Sequence record: NZ_CP110908.1
DNA: 64,000 nucleotides
Reading direction: 5' to 3' (one strand)
Source: a plasmid
Shown: in pieces, positions 57,365 through 64,000 of the stretch
Layout of the letters: the number at the start of each line of letters is the position of its first letter
Position numbering within the stretch: position 1 is the stretch's first letter
The notes under the pieces: generated by a model
The model's input: only the letters and a program-made list of their open reading frames with translations
The model's database searches: none
Told to the model about the DNA's origin: nothing
Program-made: the position numbers and the translations under genes

Positions 57365-57583
57365 TCACCAGTCCCTGTTTTCGTCAGCAAACGATCCGTT
57401 AGCCTCGATAAAGCTGGCCACCTCAGCCATACCTTCCCGGTTTTCTTCCTGCCAGCGTTCGGCGCGCAGACGGCGGGCTTCGTTCTGCATGGTCGTACTG
57501 ACCAGACCGGAGATATTTACGTCGTATGCCTTGAGCAACTGATAGCTGTCGCTGTCCACTGTCACTGTAATACGCTGCTTCAC
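57365..57583 (-). CDS. ccdA: CcdA antitoxin (GTG start)
   Basis: [44 protein letters not shown]... AGAGG RBS. Confidence 0.85.
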   Translation of the reverse strand: MKQRITVTVDSDSYQLLKAYDVNISGLVSTTMQNEARRLRAERWQEENREGMAEVASFIEANGSFADENRDW

Positions 57584-58299
57584 AATGCACCTCTTTTTTA
57601 CATACTTCAGGTATGCCATAAAGTATACATTCTGCTGAAGCAAAAATCTGCTCCGCTCTGTGAATACTGTAAACCGGCTTACAGTGACTGAGTTAACTGT
57701 ACACTGCTGTTATAGACATACCTCGCATATGCATTTTGATGCGCATCTTATTGATGCCGGATTTCGCCTCTTAAAACGCATACTGTTAGCCAGCCACTAG
57801 TAACCTAATCATATTTTACACATAGCAACTTTCACCAGATGCAATTACAACTCAACTTATAAAAACACCCCTGAATTACCGGATGGCAGTTTTCTGGTGA
57901 TCCGATTTCTGGAGTATTTAAGACTTTCCGGAAGTGTACCACGGGCAGGGAATAAGCAAAGCGGTCTTTTCCGGCCCTGTGCGACAGGTCAGGAAAAGAG
58001 AGAGTAACACAACATATAGTAGATAATCCGTCTTACGGAGTAGTGCATTTTGTGTTTCCGGGCCGAAGATCGCCGGAGTGGTACAGGAAGATCCGGGACT
58101 GCCTTTTTTCGGATCTGAGCGGGAAAAGTGAGAAACCAACATAGGTGTAACATATCCATATGCCGGGCATCTGCATAGGCAAAGCATACGCATATACCTA
58201 CCATCTGCATATGTAACACCTATACAAGCCGGGCTTGCAGGCATATACTTCACCTATGCGGGAATACTCCCTGGCACACTCAGCATATGAGGAAAAACC

Positions 58300-58530
58300 A
58301 TGCGCACAGTTTCGATATTTAAAAACGGCAATAACCGCGCCATCCGTCTGCCCCGGGACCTGGATTTTGATGGCGTCAGCGAGCTGGAGATCGTCCGGGA
58401 AGGGGACAGCATCATTCTGCGTCCCGTCCGGCCGACCTGGGGCTCGTTCGCGCAGCTGGACAGGGCCGATCCGGACTTTATGGCGGAGCGGGAAACTGTC
58501 TTCAGTGACCAGGGCCGGGGTGAGCAGTGA
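58300..58530 (+). CDS. vagC: VapB/VagC SpoVT-AbrB antitoxin
   Basis: MRTVSIFKNGNNRAIRLPRDLDF... AbrB fold. Overlaps vagD. Confidence 0.8.
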   Translation: MRTVSIFKNGNNRAIRLPRDLDFDGVSELEIVREGDSIILRPVRPTWGSFAQLDRADPDFMAERETVFSDQGRGEQ

Positions 58531-58937
58531 ACAGGACATATATGCTCGACACCCGTCTCTGCGCGTACATCATGCGCGAGCAGCCGGAAGCGGTACTGAC
58601 ACGCCTGGAGCAGGCGGTGCTGCGCGGCGACCGTATCGTGGTCTCTGCCGTCACCTGGGCCGAACTGTCACAGGCGGCACGGGCGTCCGGTCCCGCCACG
58701 CAGGCACTGGCCGACGCGTTCTGCGCCAGTCTCGATGCCGTGCTGGCCTGGGATCGCGCCGCGGTGGATGCCACCACCGTCATTAAGGCAGCACTGGCCG
58801 CAGACGGCACGCCGATCGGCCCGAATGACACGGCGATCGCTGGGCATGCCATCGCCGCCGGCGCCGTGCTGGTGACGAACAATGTGAGAGAGTTTGCGCG
58901 GGTCCCGGGCCTGGTGCTGGAAGACTGGGTTAAATAG
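58527..58937 (+). CDS. vagD: VapC/VagD PIN-domain toxin
   Basis: MLDTRLCAYIMRE...VTNNVREFARVPGL... PIN acidic residues. Confidence 0.8.
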   Translation: MNRTYMLDTRLCAYIMREQPEAVLTRLEQAVLRGDRIVVSAVTWAELSQAARASGPATQALADAFCASLDAVLAWDRAAVDATTVIKAALAADGTPIGPNDTAIAGHAIAAGAVLVTNNVREFARVPGLVLEDWVK

Positions 58938-59154
58938 TACGGCAGAAACACCGTATTAATGGAGGTCCGCTTTGTGCCAAAAGCAGACTTTAAGTTGTCC
59001 AAGAACAGCTCTCATATCTTGGCCTCTTTATGTCGACCACCACTTCAGTGCCTGCAGGATTTAAGGGGACAACGAGCCTGCATGTGGACACAGGTATATC
59101 GGTGAGTTAATGTCTTTAAGGGGTATCATTTGACTGTATCTTGAGGGACTTAGA

Positions 59155-60811
59155 GTGCGGGTTAAATCGATTAAGCTTACCAATTTCAAGAAATTCAAAG
59201 ATGAACATTTTGAATTCAACGATGACGTAAATATCTTTGTAGGTGATAACAACGCCGGTAAAAGTACTATTCTGGAAGCCCTGGAAATCGTACTGAATTA
59301 CAGCTATCGAGGCCGCCCCTTCAACAGCGAGTTTACGCCAGACATTTTTAATAAGGATGCAGTGCAGCTTTTTTTGGCTTCTGATAAATCGGCCTCTATT
59401 GCCTGTCTTGGCAATAGAGGCATTCATTGAGGGGGTGCCTGAATACCGGGGTACAAATAATTTCCTTAAAGCCGATGCTCAAGGGATCACGGTGCTGGTG
59501 CGCTTTGATGACACGCTCAAGGACGTTTACGCCGACCACTTACTGACAAACCCACACATTACGAGTATCCCGATCGAATTCTACAAGCTGGAATGGCTGG
59601 ATTTCGGATGGAATCCTGTTAAAGCCGTAGCGAAGAAATTCAGGGCGTTATACATCGACCCAACTCGTATCCACCCCACTCTGGGTAAGAATCAGTACAT
59701 CTCTACCATACTTAATACCGCTTTAAAGAAAGAGGAACTGGTTAAGCTGACCCTCAATTATCGTGAGAATCAGCAGGTTTTTAACAACTCAGGTGAGGTC
59801 AGGACAGTCAACACCGGTCTGGATACGGACCACTTGATCACAGAAAAAAAGCTGTCCATTGCCGCAAGCACTTTACCAGCGGGATCTATTCATACCAGCC
59901 TTCAACTTGAAGTAGATGATGTCCCTTTCCAGTTCATTGGCAAGGGTGAGCAGAGTAATGTGCAGATCAAGCTCGCGATTCAGAACAAGTCGAAGGATAT
60001 CGATTTGGTGATGATGGAGGAGCCCGAAAATCACCTTTCTCACACTAACCTCAATAAGCTGGTTCACTACATTGAAAATCAGCGGGGCGACAAACAACTC
60101 TTCCTTACCACTCACAGCTCGTATGTGCTCAACAAGCTGAGCATTGATAAAATCTGCCTGGTTCAGTCGGGATACAAACGTCTGCATAAGCTTGCCCCTG
60201 CAGTGGTCAAAACCTTAAAGCGCTTACCGGGCTATGACACATTGCGCGTGGCACTGTCGCACAAAGTCATCCTTGTCGAGGGACCGTCAGACGAGTTAGT
60301 ACTCAAGAAGATTTACCACCGCAAGCACAACCGCCTGCCCGAGCAGGATGGTATTGATATCATCGTCGTGCGCGGAGTCGGGTTTGATACGTTCATCTCT
60401 GTAGGTATGGAAATTGGTACCCGGATAAACGTCCTCAGAGATAACGATGGCGACTATGAAGAAAACGTCGTGAAAGCGCGTGCCGATTATGCGGCCTATC
60501 CCAATATCAAACTTATCTCCTCTGCCAAAAATGAGGAGTTTTCGCTTGAACTCGCGATGATATATGCCAATGCAACCGACTTGGTTACGCTGGACGCTTT
60601 CGCCAAAGTGGTGTTATCGACACAAACGTTTAACCTCTACGATAAAGTAGTCGACTTAGATAAGCGACGCGACTTTCTGATCGACTGGTTTCGAAGCGTC
60701 CAGGGAAACGGTAAGGGCGCTCGCAAGGTCGATTCAGCTATCAAGCTGTTTGATGGCACTCTGAATTTCAGGTATCCACCTTTCCTCGATGAGGTGTTCG
60801 ACTTTGCCTAA
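59155..60811 (+). pseudogene. gajA: GajA-like OLD-family ATPase/TOPRIM nuclease (Gabija A), split into two frames at a T7 homopolymer (~59369-59375)
   Basis: N-terminus IKLTNFKKFKD...FVGDNNAGKSTILEAL (ABC-type Walker A). MMEEPENHLS Walker B. C-terminal TOPRIM VILVEGPSDE. Removing one T fuses ORFs 59155-59430 and 59357-60811. Confidence 0.65.
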
Positions 60812-60964
60812 TGAATTCTGGATTGCCGGTGCAGGATCAGGAAAAACCCAAAAAGTCATTGAGGATGCCATTGAAGTCATAAAGGCGGGCGGACGCGTAT
60901 TGGTCGTCACCTACACCATGAACAACCAGGCAGAGCTCCGTTCTCGCTTTGTGGAATTGTACGG
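60789..60964 (+). pseudogene. gajB: GajB-like UvrD-family helicase, N-terminal 58 codons only; truncated by IS903
   Basis: ...FWIAGAGSGKTQKVIE... UvrD-type Walker A. ORF runs into the IS903 IRL. Confidence 0.5.
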
Positions 60965-62019
60965 GGCTTTGTTGAATAAATCGAACTTTTGCTGAGTTGA
61001 AGGATCAGATCACGCATCCTCCCGACAACACAGACCATTCCGTGGCAAAGCAAAAGTTCATAATCACCAACTGGTCCACCTACAACAAAGCTCTCATCAA
61101 CCGTGGCTCCCTCACTTTCTGGCTGGATGATGAGGCGATTCAGGCCTGGTATGAGTCGGCAACGCCTTCATCACGAGGAAGGCCCCAGCGCTATTCTGAT
61201 CTCGCCATCACCACCGTTCTGGTGATTAAACGCGTATTCCGGCTGACCCAGCGGGCTGCGCAGGGTTTTATTGATCCCATTTTTGCCCTGATGAACGTTC
61301 CGTTGCGCTGCCCGGATTACACCAGTGTCAGTAAGCGGGCAAAGTCGGTTAATGTCAGTTTCAAAACGTCCACCCGGGGTGAAATCGCACACCTGGTGAT
61401 TGATTCCACCGGGCTGAAGGTCTTTGGTGAAGGCGAATGGAAAGTCAGAAAGCACGGCAAAGAGCGCCGTCGTATCTGGCGAAAGTTGCATCTTGCTGTT
61501 GACAGCAACACACATGAAGTTGTCTGTGCAGACCTGTCGCTGAATAACGTCACGGACTCAGAAGCCTTCCCGGGCCTTATCCGGCAGACTCACAGAAAAA
61601 TCAGGGCAGCCGCGGCAGACGGGGCTTACGATACCCGGCTCTGTCACGATGAACTGCGCCGCAAAAAATCAGCGCGCTGATTCCTCCCCGAAAAGGAGCA
61701 GGTTACTGGCCCGGTGAGTACGCAGACCGCAACCGTGCCGTTGCTAATCAGCGGCTGAGCGGAAGCAATGCACGGTGGAAATGGACAACGGAATATAACC
61801 GTCGCTCGATAGCGGAAACGGCAATGTACAGAATGAAGCAGTTGTTGGGAGATTCACTGACGCTGCGTGACTACGATGGTCAGGTAGCGGAAGCTATGGC
61901 CATGGTGCGTGCGTTGAACAGGATGACAAAGGCTGGGATGCCAGAAAGCGTGCGTATTGCCTGAAAATCCAGCCAGCTACAGGGTCGTTCGCACGAAATC
62001 TTATTTATTCAACAAAGCC
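60965..62019 (+). mobile_element. IS903: IS903-like (IS5 family) element
   Basis: IRL GGCTTTGTTGAATAAATC at 60965-60982. IRR ATTTATTCAACAAAGCC at about 62003-62019. No matching 9-bp flanking duplication. Confidence 0.85.
60997..61964 (+). pseudogene. tnp: IS903 transposase with a -1 frameshift in an A-run near 61667 (RRKKSAR* instead of RRKKISALIPP...)
   Basis: The C-terminal part (...GAGYWPGEYADRNRAVANQRLSGSNARWKW...MPESVRIA) continues in another frame. Confidence 0.7.
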
Positions 62020-62630
62020 CATCGGCACCCATCTGGTTTACCTGGTGGCGATCAAAAATATCATCCTGAGCCAAGAGGGACACGGCCTGATTTACTTTAA
62101 GCGCAGATTTCATCCGGTGTTAATTGAACAAGAAATAACCGTTTAATACCCCTTCGCCAGTCGAATTTCGGCTGGCGCTTATTTGTTTTCCACTCTCTGA
62201 AATTGAAACAATCACTATCAGAAACTAATGTCCAATATACGCTTTTGCCCCCCCCCACCAGAGTTAATAGTCTTTCGGACTTTTCCCCTTTTTCAGAGCT
62301 GATTTCTGAAATTTGAAATGACACAATCTGCAAATTAATGTAATCTTCGCCACACAAAAACACTTTCATGAATAATAAAAAACGATTTAGTTGTTTACTG
62401 AATAGTTTTTTATGGCAGCATCCTAAAGCAAATTGAACACTTTCTAACCGGAATCGTCATTTTCCGTGCGGTAGCCTACCTTTTTTTTGCCCTTTATTGC
62501 TTCATTTCCTCAGCTATGCGCCTCTGCTCCCTGGCCTTCGGGTCAACTTTTTGGGCAATATAAACAGTCGGGTACCTACGAATTTTTATATTCACACGCC
62601 AGGTTCCGAATACATGGAAAATATTTACAA

Positions 62631-63005
62631 ATGAAGAACGCAACTCGCCTTCTGGTGATTTCGCTCGCCCTCATCCTGAGTGGCTGTGCATATTCCCCGA
62701 AGCAGGTTGAAGCCTCAAGACCGCTTGTAAATCAAGCCGCTTCGACCGATCTCCACGCTATGGCAGCTAACCTGCAACAACCTCTGAACACCCTGCCGCA
62801 GGGCGCTACTCTTAGCGCCAATGGCACCACCTTTACCCTGGGTCAGCGCTATGTCTCTGCCCTGGGGCTGGAATGCATTGAACTGCTGCGTAACCGTAAC
62901 TACAACCAGTCGCAGTGCGGCGTGACCTGCAAGAACGGTGATACCTGGTATCTGATACCGCAACTGGAACAGGCATCTGCCAGCAACTTGCTTGCCGTTC
63001 AATAA
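62631..63005 (+). CDS. Lipoprotein (MKNATRLLVISLALILSGC lipobox), probable polysaccharide-locus accessory protein
   Basis: Lipobox. Immediately upstream of a Wza-like gene. Confidence 0.4.
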   Translation: MKNATRLLVISLALILSGCAYSPKQVEASRPLVNQAASTDLHAMAANLQQPLNTLPQGATLSANGTTFTLGQRYVSALGLECIELLRNRNYNQSQCGVTCKNGDTWYLIPQLEQASASNLLAVQ

Positions 63006-63019
63006 TTTTGAAGAGAAAT

Positions 63020-64000
63020 GTTGTGAAGATAACGAAATTTCGGCAATTGAGTGCCATTCTGCTGCTGGCCTGCGCCTCTTGCGCTGCCATTGCCGCCCCT
63101 TCTAAGGAAGATGCTCAGGCCTTTGGAATGAACACTCCGGCAGATACCGGCGACGGCCGACTGCAACTCGGCGGTGATCAGGCGATGAGCGGTCAGGCGA
63201 ACACCTCCTCTACCACCGGGACTTTTACGCAGCAAAACCGCCAGGGCATGTTACTGCCGGGCGAGTCCGACGTGCGTAAATTACTCCCGCAGTCCGAGTC
63301 CGGTCTGCCCCCTCCTTACGGTGCCAACCTGTTTGCCGGTGGCTATGAAACCGAGCGCAGCGACGGTCTGACTGATAATTACCTGATCGCTCCCGGCGAT
63401 AAGCTGAATATCTGGATCTGGGGCGCAGTCAATTTCTCCAACGTCGTCACCGTTGATAATCAGGGTAATATTTTCATCCCTGATGTCGGGCCGATTAATG
63501 TAAAAAACGTAGCAGCAAGTAAAGTCAATAACTTAGTCACCAGCCACATCAGTGAAGTATTTACCAATAACGTTAATGTTTACGTAAATTTACTTACGGC
63601 AACGCCGGTCAGCGTATTTGTGACCGGCCCGGTGATCCGTCCGGGGCAATATGCCGGCCAGTCTTCCGACAGCGTGCTCTATTTCCTGAAACGCGCAGGC
63701 GGTATCGACTCCGATCGCGGCAGCTACCGTCATATTAAGGTGTTGCGTCAGAACCGGGTCATTCAACAGATCGACCTGTACGAGTTTATGCAGCAGGGCA
63801 AAATGCCGAAGCTGGCGCTGAAGGATCAGGACGTGATCCTGGTTGAACCGCAGGGGCCGATGATCAACGTGGCCGGTAAAGTGCGTAACCCGTTCCGCTT
63901 CGAGTTAAAGAACAGCAGCGCGCTGGGCTCCGAGCTTATCGATTACGCTCTGCCGCTCGCGAAGGTGAGCCACGTGGGCGTGATTGGCGATCGCGCCAGC
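63020..64000 (+). CDS. Outer-membrane polysaccharide export protein (Wza/GfcE-like OPX), GTG start. Partial; continues past the window end.
   Basis: Signal/lipobox LLLACASC. Poly_export motif ...LIAPGDKLNIWIWGAVNFS...VDNQGNIFIPDVGPINV... followed by SLBB-like repeats. Confidence 0.6.

Noticed and set aside
57650-57760. Possible LexA boxes near the ccd promoter (CTGT...ACAG pairs)
   Set aside because: Spacings are 10 nt or irregular, not CTGT-N8-ACAG. More likely the CcdA/CcdB operator region.
1-64000. CRISPR arrays, tRNA/rRNA genes, integron attC sites
   Set aside because: No regularly spaced direct repeats with unique spacers, no tRNA-like cloverleaf candidates, and no rRNA signatures seen on either strand. 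Repeats present are accounted for as leader repeats, ParB-type palindromes, IS ends and a microsatellite.

Overview
This window is a segment of an F-like (MPF-F type) conjugative plasmid, read mostly on the minus strand. No tRNA, rRNA or CRISPR arrays were seen. Several coordinates I derived by hand-counting may be off by 1-2 nt; ORF-track coordinates are authoritative. From left to right the window contains:
- A near-complete tra operon, traG (5' part, running off the window start) through traM (1-19.5 kb). The gene order is non-canonical: traR lies between traB and traV, and traQ, trbA, trbJ and trbF are absent.
- oriT (19.56-19.9 kb) with TraM-binding palindromes and an F-like inverted repeat followed by a G-rich nick core.
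- A ~19 kb leading region (20-39.7 kb). All its genes point toward oriT and are organised into cassettes, each headed by long noncoding repeats that look like single-strand promoters (Frpo/ssi-like). It encodes a lytic transglycosylase, two KlcA/ArdB-type antirestriction paralogs, psiB-psiA, a ParB-like nuclease-domain protein, ssb, two orphan DNA methyltransferases, three paralogs of a small 'MYGT...' protein family, and several unknown proteins that are candidate anti-defence factors. umuDC with a LexA box sits at the distal end.
- A parA-parB partition operon (39.7-44.1 kb) that is translationally coupled to two unknown genes and then to a large RES-domain protein. Six copies of an 18-bp perfect palindrome (GATTTCGCATGCGAAATC) are scattered through it, three of them embedded in coding sequence.
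- A ~10 kb island (45.8-55.9 kb) flanked by imperfect 65-bp direct repeats that resemble the oriT nick region. It carries a serine recombinase, IS2 (with a 5-bp target duplication, disrupting a small AT-rich two-gene module), an Rpn nuclease, and the E. coli ygbI-ygbJKLMN threonate/tetronate catabolic cluster.
- resD-ccdAB and vagCD maintenance modules.
- A degraded Gabija defence locus: gajA split at a T7 homopolymer, gajB truncated by IS903 (whose transposase is itself frameshifted).
- The start of a polysaccharide-export locus (62.6 kb to window end).
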